From Mustelus asterias (taxonomy: Eukaryota): a stretch of DNA of 64,000 bases. Shown here piece after piece: positions 12,454 through 24,021 of this stretch. Where the stretch lies: the NCBI RefSeq assembly GCF_964213995.1, contig NC_135830.1:12214001-12278000 (forward strand), given 5' to 3'. How positions within the stretch are numbered: position 1 is the stretch's first letter; every line of letters starts with the position of its first letter. Made by a program: the position numbers and the translations under genes. Under the pieces are notes generated by a model. That model searched no databases. It was given only the letters and a program-made list of their open reading frames with translations, and was not told the DNA's origin.

Positions 12454-13717
12454 TGTTACGATCCCAGTTGATGTTACTACTGGATGGGAAACTCCCAGGT
12501 GCAACTCTGGCTAGAAATAATGTAGTGTTTTCTTCTGTTTTAGAACAATTGGGGGAATGGAGTAACTGGATGGCCAATTAGCTTTTAGTAACAGAAGAAA
12601 CAAACATTTATTAAACATGAAAAGTTTTACTATGACACAATTCTCCTTCAGCCCAACTCCTCATGACTGTACGCAGACTTTAAGGATAACACAGGTTGCA
12701 AAATATATCTTTGCTATACTGTTCTCCGTAAATGCAGTCCCTGTATAGCAATAGGCCACTGTGGCCAGCTACACCCCATTCCAAAACCTAATTGTCGATG
12801 CCACCCAATCGAATTTCTGTGGATTGCTCCTCACAACCCCGCAGATCATTATACTGATGTGAACCAACTGGCCTCACTGGACTCTGGCATCCACACGAGT
12901 GTTTCCCATTCCCACTCTCGAAAAGTCCTGTCTTGGTAAATTCTACCAAATAACCCTTTGCCTGCGCTATTTTCAGCAAGGATCCACTTCCAGGATTTCG
13001 CACTTTGCTTTCACTATTCCTTTGTCTTGAATTGTCATGTGCATTCAAGTTTCCATACAATCTCAGAGGTATGCAGCCATACCAATACTGCTTCACTGGT
13101 CTCACCAACATCATGATTATATCTGAAAGCTGGCTTGCCAACTTCACCAGGTCTGTGAATTTCAGCTCTGCATTTAGCTGGGGGCCTCTGTCTCTGCCCC
13201 TTTCTTCAACTTTGATAAACAGTACATAGTTCAGTTTCGAGTTCCTTTGGCCCTCTCAATTCAGTTGTCCTGGGACCTTTTTCAATTCCTTGGTTTCTAA
13301 AACGATCTGTTCTTTATTTTCTGGAAGTTCTTTTTTCTCATTGCTCCATTTTATTGCTTCTGCTTCTGGCAGAGCTGTGAGAGGTGCTTTTTGTCTCATT
13401 ACGTATCTCCTACGGCCTTGAGTCCAGTAAAACCCCTTCCTAACATAAAGGTGGCTCCTGGTTCCCAAGCAACAGCCTATTCCTTCTTCACAGCTTTTTA
13501 TTTTTCATGTCATTAACTCCCTCAGCATAATACAGGCACAGTTTAAAATGAACCAAAAACCACATACATGCAAACATCTTTGTTTAATAGCAAGCTAACT
13601 AGAATTTTACCCGACCTTACACAGAAACGCTAAACTAAACTCACTTAAATCTATATCTTATTTCTAATATCCAATAATACAATCACAGACTATATAAACT
13701 ACTTCTGCCTCCTGACA
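12454..13717. mobile_element. Probable solo LTR inside the NAR-TCR J to supporting-Vdelta intron
   Basis: Starts TGT, ends ACA; flanked by 4-bp direct repeat ATAG (12450-53 and 13718-21). Confidence 0.6.
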
Positions 13718-14744
13718 ATAGTGATTCAGAGAAAATCTAAACATTAAGAAGAAGAATTTTAAATATCAGCCAGGAAGAGGAACTCACTGTCACATTGAAT
13801 GTTTGGAGCAGCAGGTATTGACGCATCTATGGGAAGACTTGAAAAGATCCGAGGGAGAACAGATCAGACTGACACAGGGAGCTGGATGGGAAAAATCAAT
13901 TAGAAAACTGAGGGCTGAGGCTGGTCTGGAGTATTTCCACAGACATAAATGAGTGGGCCGAAGTGTCTCTTCTTCTTCTGAAGTTTCTATAAAATGTACA
14001 ACTTAGAGAAAACTCTGCCCAGAGAACCCGGGAGAGAATCAGTTAATGAGCAGAAAAAACGAAATTGTCGGAGATCCAGAAGAGGCAGTTCCCAGTGAGT
14101 AACAGTAAAACCACTGCGGAAACTGAACAGAATGAACGCAACTGGCAACTATGAGACTTTGGGGCATGCTCCCACGACACAAGAAACCCAAGCAGCAAAA
14201 AGTAAATGAAATGAAACTGACTAGATATTTCAATGTTAAGTGAAGGGGAGAAAACATGATACTGACAGAAAATAAACAAATAGATTAAAAAGCAAACACA
14301 GACTCTCAGGAAGTGTTAAACTGAAATAAATGTATGACATTTGACGACCGTTGTTCGGCATGGTTCGGTCCCATTGGAGCTGATGAATCACAGTCATTCT
14401 TTGTTGGATCTTGCTGTATGCTGTGATGTGACGCAGCTGCGTTACTCTCTGACAATCATTTCTGGAAACGGATTGCGTCACTGACAATAAAATGTTCCCT
14501 CGGTTTGTCTCTCAACATGGAAAACTGAAATTGAAACCGAACATATATCGTAAAATCATTTCGTCTGGAAGGGCGACATTCGGCCCCTAGGGTAGATGCT
14601 GCCCCTTTATAAATGAAATCGAATTCTTCCACAAGCCATGAATTTTCCCGATAAACCTGCTGTTTTCCTGTTCATGAATGTGATCGTTGCTCATTCATAA
14701 TTCACTGTTAAACCAGCTCCTACTGAGCTGAAAGTATATTCATG

Positions 14745-15225
14745 GATTCACAGAATTTACTGCAGAAAGACAGGCCCTTCGGTCCAAACTGATCCATGCC
14801 GATCAAAATGCTCATCTAAGCTCAGCCATTTGCCGGCATTTGGCCCATATCTCTCTAAACCTTTCCTATCCATGTATCTGTCCAAATGCCTTTGAAATGT
14901 TGTCAATGTCGCTGCCTCAACCACTTCCTCCGGCAGCTCATTCCATATACGTACCACCCTCTGTGTAAAAAGAAGTTGCTCTGCAGGTTCCCGTTACTTC
15001 TTTCCCTATTCCCTCTTGTTCTCGATTCCCCAACCCTGGGAATAAGACTGAGTTCATTCGCCCTATCCGTGCCTGTTATGATCTTATACACTTCTACAAG
15101 ATCACCCCTCTATCTCCTACGCACCAAAAGAAAAAGTCCAAACTCTCCCTATAACTCAGTCCCTTGAGTCCTGGCAACATCCTTGTAAATCTCTTCTGCA
15201 CTCCCTCCAGTTTAATAACATTGTT
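14745..15225 (-). mobile_element. CR1 3' end fragment
   Basis: Minus ORFs 14757..14957 and 14903..15091 (VRIWNELPEEVVEA, YKII.G.DR). Confidence 0.8.
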
Positions 15226-15418
15226 ACAGATCATTAGAACTTGTGCAAAATAAAATGTCACCTCATTGTACACTGGTTTATAGCGTAAGTCAATATCGTT
15301 CCATTAGAATTAAAATAATAATAACTCCGCATAAAACTGAGCTACTCCTGCGACTGACACAATCTCCAACTAAAAAATGGCAAAACCTAAACAAAACGCT
15401 TTTTTTCTAATCCTGCAG

Positions 15419-15724
15419 ATTCCTCTTCCCTGGTATCCAAGAATCCGCCTCTCCAAATCTCTGCTGCCGATGACACGGTTACATTAAGCTGTGAATATTC
15501 AGGAATCTGTCAGTACACAGTACACTGGTACAGTCAGCCCCCAGGGCAAACTCTGAAATACTTGCTGCAGAAACACACTTCAGGAGGGGACAATAAAGAA
15601 AACGCTGCCGGGGAGAGAATTACTGCTTCTATCGATTCTGTCCAGAAAATCAGCCGGTTAAAGATCTCCAAACTGCAACTAAGCGACTCGGCTGTGTATT
15701 ACTGTGGACTGAGTCAGCACATAG
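15419..15724 (+). CDS. TRDV: Leaderless 'supporting' TCR Vdelta of NAR-TCR, intact
   Basis: Pyrimidine tract plus CTGCAG acceptor ending at 15418, in phase with the NAR-TCR J donor. Translates (D)SSSLVSKNPPLQISAADDTVTLSCEYSGICQYTVHWYSQPPGQTLKYLLQKHTSGGDNKENAAGERITASIDSVQKISRLKISKLQLSDSAVYYCGLSQHI with canonical C, W, YYC and an extra CDR1 Cys. No leader seen upstream. Absent from the ORF track. Confidence 0.92.
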
Positions 15725-15946
15725 CACAGTGATACAGAACACGGAGAGAGCTGTACAAAAACCTGAACATGGCGAGGATTACAGACACAGTGATACAGAA
15801 CACGGAGAGAGCTGCACAAAAACCTGAACATGGCGAGGATTACAGACACAGTGATACAGAACACGGAGGGAGCTGCACAAAAACCTGAACATGGTGAGGA
15901 TTAGAGACACAGTGATACAGAACACGGAGAGAGATGTGCTGAAAAC
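15725..15946 (+). repeat. 61-bp tandem array of 23-RSSs behind the supporting Vdelta
   Basis: CACAGTG at 15725, 15786, 15847 and 15908, each with a 23-nt spacer; ACAAAAACC at 15755, 15816 and 15877; fourth nonamer degenerate (GCTGAAAAC 15938-46). Confidence 0.95.
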
Positions 15947-16423
15947 TTAGTCCTACTCCTTGTCCAACAGGTTCAAGATTCTTGCTCCTGCTGTTGACGA
16001 GGGTGAGGACTGTAGGACAGATGAGCGAAGTGGCCACAGTACCGTGGGCCAGGGAGCCATTCAAGTGGGGTAGGAAGGAGGAATCTAGTCGTAATCGGCG
16101 ATCGTATAGTTAGGGGCACAGACAATGTTCTCTGTGACCAGGAGCGATAGTCCTGTAGATTGTGTTGCCCCCTGGTGCCAGGTTTCGGGTCACCTCCTCA
16201 GGACTGCAGAGAATTCGGAATGGGAGGGGGAAAATCCAGTTGTCATTTTTGACGTATGTACGAATGACATAGGCAGAACAAGGATGCACATTCTGCTAAG
16301 GGAAGATGAATAGCCAGGTTCTAAACTCAAAATCATAACCAAAAAGGTAATAATCTCTGGATTAATATCTGAGCCATGAGCTAACTGGGACACGATTAAT
16401 GAGATTAAAGAGGTAAACGTTTG

Positions 16424-17341
16424 TGTACGGGAAAAAATTCTAATAGGTTAGTAAAGATTTTTAGACATTTAGAAATTAGGACACTGACAGAACTACCAGC
16501 ATTAAGGTAAATGACTTTAAAACAGATTTATAAAGTAACACGAAAGCAGTTTGCACACATATGAAATGCAGTAAGAGATTTAAACAAGTGATTATGATTT
16601 AAAGATTTGAATGTATTAATATATTTTTAAGAATCATTGTTCACTTTAGCCAAAGGCAGTATGCTGCGAAGCATTATGGTAAAGGGTATTAGGGCAGAGC
16701 CATATTCTAAAAAAATATTAAAGCCTTGAGAATATGCAAGTTTCATCAGTAGAGCTTCGAATGGATAGAACATTCAGAACACTTAAACAAATTTTATGAA
16801 TAGGGTATATTCACTGTCCAGATAAAATGGATGCATGCCCAAACGTGGAGTCAAGTTTTAATCTGGTTTGGCAGTGACCTGTAGAGGAACTCATTGGAAC
16901 GTGCCCTTTGAACTTTGGGGCTGGTGTCTGGTTACTATGGGATACAGAAATCTGGGTTAGCCAAGGCAGGAGTTTGCGTCTGAATTCTAAGGACTAAGGA
17001 ACTGCCATTTTGCCAGAAGGTAAGATGTGATTGGCAAAGGTATCTAACATAAATTATTTCTGGTTTAAGTATATTGAAGATGATTGATTTAAAGCTAATG
17101 AAAGGCGGGAGTAATTAATAAGGAAAACTATAATTGGCCTGATTTGAATTGTATACGTCAGATTTCATTGGAGAGGACTAGATGCTCTATATCAGAGCCG
17201 CCCTGACCTTTTAATTATTTCTCTTGGTGGCCGCTGGTCAAAATAAAGGTTACGTCTTTAAACTGAGACACTGGCTTCGTCGGTCTTGTTTTGTCTGAGA
17301 TTTACTGACGGTATCTGGCCACCTCGAAAAACCAACCAACA
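16424..17341 (+). mobile_element. Probable solo LTR inserted in the CR1
   Basis: TG...CA termini, AATAAA near 17242, imperfect 5-bp flanking repeat GTTTG/GTGTG; CR1 sequence resumes after 17341. Confidence 0.5.
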
Positions 17342-18112
17342 GTGTGGCTCATAGTTTCATGTGGGAGAAATGTGTTCGAATTCATGGAATATTAGCACCA
17401 GTATTTGTGCAGGAAGGAGCTGTTGCATCGGTGCGGACTCAATCTGAATCATGCTGGCGAATAACTAGGGCTGTAGATAGGGCTTTAAACTAAATAGTGG
17501 GGTAAGGAGGAATGAGTGTTCAGTTGCATGTAAATAAATTTTAAAATCGAAGTTAAAGGAGAAGGTTGGAGTGAAGGTTAACGATGAAACTGATTGTTAC
17601 CAGAAAATAAAAGGAAGGGACAGAACGTGTGGACATCATAGGACACCAAGAAATCGTGCAAGAATGGGGAAATTTGATAACAGAACAAACTTAAAGGCTT
17701 TGTACCTCACTGCACGAAACTTTGGGAATAAAATTAATGAGTTAATATAGAGAAATATGTATGAATTAATGGCGATTACTGAGACATGGTTGCAGGCAAA
17801 ACTAGATTTGGGAATTGAATATCCAAAGGTACTCAATATTTCAGACGGATAGACGGAAATGAAATGAGATGCTGTAGTAATATTTAGGTCCCCAAACAGT
17901 CGTTTGGCAGTGAAGCATAGTCTAAATGAGGAAATATTGGGGGCTTGTAAGAAAGGTACGTCAATAATCATGGATGATTTTAATATGCATGTAGAGTGGA
18001 TTTATCAAATTGGCAAGGGTAGCCTCGAGGGAAAGTTCATTGAATGTATTAAAGATTGTTTCTTGCAGAAATATGTTGTGGAACCAACGAAAGAGCAGAC
18101 CAATCTTGATTT

Positions 18113-19315
18113 TCCACCCAATGTGGTGGACACGGCTCTCAACCGTGTCCCACACATCTCCCAGGCTACTGCTCTCACACTCTCTCCTCCCTCCCAAAAC
18201 CAGGATAGCATCCGCTTTTTACTCACTTTCCAGCTCACACGCCTCCGCATTAAAAGAATCATCCTCCACCATTTCTGCCAACACCTGCATAATGTTACCT
18301 TTCAACCCAATTTCCCCTCGCTCCCCCTGCCAGTATTTCACAGGGATCATTCCCTCCGGGGCACCCTTTTCCACTTCTTCATCACACCTAGCAACTCACC
18401 CACCGCCACCGGCACTTTTCCATGCTACCATAGAAAATGCTATACCTGCCCCTTCTTCTGCTCCCTCCTCAGCATCTTAGGCTCCAAAAACTCTTTCCCG
18501 GTGAAGGAGCGCTTCACGTGCATCTCCTTTAATCTCGTCTATGGCATTCGCTGCTCGCGATGCTGCCTAATCTACATTGTAGAAAACAATGCAGAGTGAT
18601 TTGCAGAATAATTCTGGTCTGTCCGCAAGCAGGATCCAGATCTTCCTGCAGCTTCGACACACCACCCTGCTCTCCTATCCACACGTCTGTCCTTGCCCTC
18701 TTCCAATGTTCCAGTGAAGCCCAACGTAAAATGAAGGAACAGCACTTCATCTTCAGATTAGACAAATTACAGCCTTCCGGACTGAGGATTGAGTTCAACA
18801 ATTTCAGAGCATGACCTCTCTACTCCACCTCCACGCCATCTTCTTTTCATCGCATTCGTCCATTTTTTTATTATTTTCTACTTTTACTTCTATTTATCAA
18901 CATCTAAAATATCGCTTTTCATTTTACTTCATCTACCCACCCCACTCCCCATTCCACTAAGGATAACTGCCACATTCATAGACTGTGCACTTTCGGTTCT
19001 GCCATTTACACATTCCAATCTCTTAATGGACGCTCTTAGCAACATTCTCAGCCTTGATCATCACCATTTACATTCCCTTTGTCGTTTTGTCTATGCTATT
19101 TGTTTCAATTATAGTTCCCCACCCCCAGAAAAAACCCACGCTCACAGTATAAATCTTGTCCAACTTTCCTTGTCTTCAGCTCTGAGGAAGGGTCACCCTG
19201 ACTCGAAATATTGGCTCGATTCTCCCTCCACAGATGCTGTAAGATCTGCTGAGATTTTTTGAGCATTTTCTGTGTTTCTTTCAGATCCCAACATCAGCAG
19301 TATTTTTTTTTATTA
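18113..19315 (+). mobile_element. Penelope-like element 3' fragment (GIY-YIG region plus terminal repeat)
   Basis: ORF 17904..18599 ends CYTCP...FTC.SFNLVYGIRCSRCCLIYIVE (GIY-YIG-like); ORF 18560..18814 has R..EQHFIFRL..LQPSGL.IEFNNF; diverged ~20-bp duplication of CR1 sequence on both sides. Confidence 0.8.
19178..19216 (+). ncRNA. Minimal type-I hammerhead ribozyme motif in the Penelope terminal repeat
   Basis: AGCT-CTGAGGA-A-GGGTCA-CCC-TGACTC-GAAA-TATT-GGCT: core boxes, 6-bp stem II, 4-bp stem I, short palindromic stem III. Confidence 0.6.
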
Positions 19316-21222
19316 TAGGGAGCAGACTATTCTGGATTTGGCATTGTGTAATCAGCAGGGATTAAATAATGATCTAATAGTTAAGATCCTCTAGCCAAGA
19401 GTGATCATAGTTAGATAGAATTCCAAATTCAGTTTGAGGACGAGAAACTCGAGTCCCACACTAGACTTCTGCAGTTAAACACAGGGAATTACGAAGACAT
19501 GAGGACAAAATTGGCCCGAGTGGACTGGGAAAGAAGACTAAAAGGCAGGACAGTTGATGATCAGTGGCAAATGCTGAAGGGGACAATTAATTCCTCCCAA
19601 CTAAAATACATTCCCATGAGGAATACAGACTGTAAGAGGGGGAGAAATATCCATGGCTAAGCAAGGAAGCTAAAGATAGCATGAAAAGAAAAGCTAATGC
19701 ATATCATATTGCAAAGGCCTGTGGCAGACTGGAGGATTGGGAAACATGTAATGATCAACAATGGGTTACTGAAAAGTAACAAAAAGATCCAAGGTAAATT
19801 ATGAAAGAAAACACGCACAACATTTAAAGAAGTACTGCAAAAGCATCTTAAATATCTAAAAGTGAAGAGTGGAGCGAATGTGATTGTTGGACCCTTGGAG
19901 GATTCGACTAGGGAATTAATCGTGGGGGAAATAGAAATGGTGGAAACTCTCAATCAATAGCTTGCTTCAGTTATCACGCTGGGCAAATCGAGCACCATTA
20001 CAATAGCAACAGGAAATGCAGAGGTAATAGAAAGGAAGGAACTGAGAAAAATGATGATCAATAGTGAAAAAGTGTTAAGCAAACAGTTGGGATTGAAGAC
20101 AGTCAAGTCCCCAGGGCCGAATCACCTACAGCTTATGGTCTTAAAGAAAGTGATAGTAGGCACATTGGTTATAATCTTCCAAAATTTCCTGGATGTGGGA
20201 ACGGTTCCAGTGGGTTGGAAAAAAGATAATATAATGCCCATATTCAAAGCGGGAAGGAGACAGAAGGTATAAAACCAGACACCAGCTAGTTTGACACCTG
20301 TCGTTCTAAAGTTATTAGAATCCATTTTTAAGATTGTAGTAACGGGACAATTAGAATGCCAAAATGCAATCCATTAGGGTCAGCATGGTTTTACGAAGGG
20401 CAAATCGTTTTGACTAATTTGCTAGAGTTCTTCGAAGATGTAACAAGCAAAGTGGACACTGGGGATCCTGTAGATATGGTATATCTATACTTTCAGAGGG
20501 CCTTTGTTAAGGTACCATACCTTGAAATGCAAAAGATAGTGTGTGTATGCGTGCATGCGCGCGTCCGAGTGTGTGTGTGTGTGTGAGTATGTATGTGAAA
20601 TAAGAAGAGAGTCCAACAGAGGGAGATTGCTGGAAGTGAGAGACTCTGTGTGTATCTGTGTCTGTGTGCTTGTGTTTGGGTATGACTGCCTTCTTGCGAG
20701 TCTTGCCTTTTCGCTGCAATTAATCTTTTACACCGTGCCGCTATTTAATGATCACAGCCGTGTTTCTGCAACGCCCTTCTGAAAAGATTTCAGAAGTAAC
20801 TACTGTGTTCCAAAGCAAAGCAGGAGATTGCTGATGGAGAAATTCTTATTTCTTCCATCAGGTGGCAGGAAAGCCAACAAAATGTCCACCCCCACCTCTT
20901 GGTGTCTCTGTTTCACTGTCCTCTATCACACTCTTATCTCTCAATTCCAATGCCTGTATCAATGTGTTCGGTCTCACTTTCATTACAGTGGACACAGTGA
21001 CAACGCAGTCTAAGACGCTGCTCCTAATTGTCGCATTCTCCATTGACTCCACTCTTGTTACAGATGTTTTGGTAATACATCGTGTACAAACAAGCTGGCT
21101 GCATAGTTCCAATTTCGGTGGAAGCCTAATAACTGCACTTCCTCTTCAGGCCTGTTCCTCACTATAAAGAAGCGAGTCAAGATATATTGTACTATTCTAC
21201 CCATTGCAAATACAACTTGCAG

Positions 21223-22335
21223 ATGGATCACCCACGAGGGTTAAAAGCTTTCATTCTAGCAGCAATCATATCAGGTGAGTTACACTTCACATTCTCATTG
21301 ATTACCTCTCAAGAAAGCCTTTTATTCTTCCACATTTAATGTTGCTTTTAGAGAAAAAGTAGAGCAATATTCGCAGTGGTTGGATTTAATTAATTATTAG
21401 GGGCGGCATTTTGGCACAATGTTTAGCACTGCTGCCTCACAGCGCCAGGGACCCGGATTCGATTACCGGCTTGGGTCACTGTGCAGAGTCTGCACGTTCC
21501 CCCCATGTCTGCGTGAGTTTCCTCTGGGTGCTATGTTTTCCTCCTGCAGTCCGAAACATGTGCTGATTAGGTGCATTGGCCGTGCTATTCTCTCCCTCAG
21601 TGTAATAGAACAGGCGCTGGAGCGTGGCGACAGTAACTTCATTGCAGTGTTAATGTAAGCCCACTTGTGACACTGATAAATCAACTTAATTTAGTTATTC
21701 TCATTGATTTCCTTTCAATAAATTATTTTATATTCTTATATTTAATGTTGATCTTTCGAGATAAGTACACAGCAACATTACTGGTGACTGAGTTTATTTA
21801 ATGATTGGAATTTTACAAATAGTTATTTAAAAGCTTCAGTAGTGAGAAAAGGCAGTGGGAACTGGGGCCAACCTCCATTGGGCACACCCCATCCTCCCCC
21901 TCCCCCGCAGCTCCCCAGTTTCAAATCGATAGAGTGCCTGGAACCTCCACTTAATTCTAATTTTCTCTATCCTTCAGGTAGCCTGGCTGCATCCGCAGTC
22001 ATCCACCAGCCGGAGGCAGAGGTGAGGGTCCAACAGGGAGCCACCACGACAATCACCTGCTCATACACAGAGGTGGAGAGAGCTTGCTTGGTCTGGTACC
22101 GGGAACCTCTCCACCCAGCCATGGGAGGGAGTCCCGAGTATATTGTCGTCCGCTGCACCGATGGTTTCAGTGACAGCGCCACATTTTCCAGGCGTCGCTT
22201 TTCCTCCTCCCTGAGCAAAACTTACAGAATCATCAGTCTGACAGTTGCACCGGTGACAGCTGTGACTCCAGGAAATACTTCTGCATCTTAAACACACACA
22301 CTCGCACATTCCAGGCAGCAGCCTCTACGTAAACT
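21223..22335 (+). pseudogene. TRDV: TCR Vdelta/alpha-type V with a single frameshift (leader 21223-21274; V exon 21978-22296; weak 23-RSS 22297-22335)
   Basis: Leader MDHPRGLKAFILAAIIS with GTGAGT donor; TATAAA at 21163. Exon reads AVIHQPEAEVRVQQGATTTITCSYTEVERACLVWYRE...; frameshift near 22260 puts DSRKYFC out of frame; CACACTC-23-ACGTAAACT. Confidence 0.8.
21398..21685 (+). mobile_element. HE1-like tRNA-derived SINE (related copies at about 22805-23045 +, 24200-24415 -, 36800-37135 +, 58318-58680 -)
   Basis: GGCACA.TG.TTAGCACTGCTGCCTCAC A-box head, GG.TTCGA B-box, TGCACGTTCTCCCCGTGTCTGCG core shared among the copies. Confidence 0.8.
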
Positions 22336-24021
22336 GTAGGTTCCTCTCCCAGGCAATGGGGACGCTGGGCATGATTTGTAGCCCCATTGTCCAATGTCGG
22401 TGTTGTAGAATTGCAGCATCAACACAGGGATGGACAGGCAGACAGATGTGAATTAGATTCTTAGACACATCAGCTGATTCAGTAACACACAAAACAGATA
22501 TATGGCCACTAGACAGCTAGATAAATAGAGTGGTAAACACAGGAATTGATGCATTCACATACAAGGCAGATATATGGTCACTGGACAGTTAGGTAGATAG
22601 AGTTATAGACACGCGAACTGATGAATTAAAGAAGACAAATATATGGTCACTGGACAGTTTAGTGGATAGTTTCATCGGCAGATTGACTAACACACAAAGA
22701 TATATGGACACCAGAGAGTTAGATAGATTAGCAGCCACATCAACTGCTGGACTAGCACGCAAAGTGGATGTATGGTTACCAGAGACTGATTTACAGGTGA
22801 TGGACGGCTTGGGGTCACAGTCTGTGCAGAGTTTGCACGTTCCTATCGTGTCTGCATGGGTTTCCTCGTGATGCTCCAGTTTACATCCACTGTCCAAAAG
22901 ACATACTGGTTGGGTGCTTTGACCATGCTAACTTCTCCCTCAGTGTGCCCGGGACAGGCGCCAGAATGTGGCAACTAGGGGATTTTCATAGTAACTTCAT
23001 TGCAGTGTTAATGTAAGCCTACTTGTGACACTAACAAATAAACTTTATGAATAAATAAGCAGGAAGGCACAGTGTGATCAGTTCTGAACAAGAGATGGGT
23101 ACACGCTGACTTTTATACATGAAGAGAGACTTTGAAGGATGTGATTACACCAGAGAGGGTGCAGAGGAGGCTGACAAGGATGCTGCCTGGGCTGGAGCGT
23201 TTCAGCGATGAAGAGAGGCTGGTTAGTTTGGAGGTGCTTTCCTTACAGCAGATAAAATGAGGAGGGGGGTGGAACTGATTGAGGTGTACAAAATTAGGAG
23301 GGATATAGATATTGTGAATAGGAAGGGACATTTCCCCTTCGTGGAGAGGTCGATAACAAGGCGACACAAATTTAAGGTAATGGTCAGCAGATTTAGAGGG
23401 GATTTGGGATCAAAACACTTTCACCCAGTGGATGGTGGGAATCTGGAACTGACTGCTTGAAAGGGTGGTACAGGCGGTAACCCCTCAACACATTTAGGAA
23501 GCATTCAGATGAGCATTTGAAACGCTATAGCATGCAAGGCTACGGACCAAGTGCTGGGAAATTGGACCATTGTCCATTTCCACTTGTGCTCACAGTCCAG
23601 CTGCAGCCAATGTGTTTGGGGTCTCTCACACCAGGACCAGAGCCTTTCTGATTTCACCAGGGCTAGTGCATTCGGTTGCACTTTGTCCCTTAGAATATTA
23701 TTGTTCTAACTGAGTGACACTATTGCTAAGGAAAGGGGCGAATCTCGAGATGAATGAGACAGTAATCACAATTTGCTGCAAAAATGAACATTTGTGACAT
23801 TGGAATTATTCAATATTTGGCCCTTGCTGCTTTAAGAAAAAGACACAATTATTATTGGCTCTAAAGAATGTGTTATCGGTTGCAAATTCTGGGTATGTTC
23901 TTGCAGAAACTGCTATTGTTGTGCAAAGGGACCTTGGTGTCCCAACACACCAATAACTGAAAGCAAGCTTGCAGCGACAGCAAACAGTTTGAAATGCAGC
24001 TTGTTCCTCCTGTTCTTGACC

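Larger units (their letters stand above)
15950..20520 (+). mobile_element. Degenerate CR1 LINE (ORF1 esterase-like, endonuclease and RT remnants), interrupted by an LTR and a Penelope-like element
   Basis: PVVIFDVCTNDIGR (ORF1-like), DDFNMHVEW, KSPGP, LTNLLEFFEDVT motifs; many frameshifts. Confidence 0.8.

Noticed and set aside
15230-15418. A leader exon for the 15419 V
   Set aside because: No ATG-hydrophobic-GT exon is visible; the ATG near 15377 does not begin a signal peptide.
15725-15946. 61-bp array as a CRISPR-like repeat
   Set aside because: No unique spacers; the units are whole RSS copies in vertebrate DNA.
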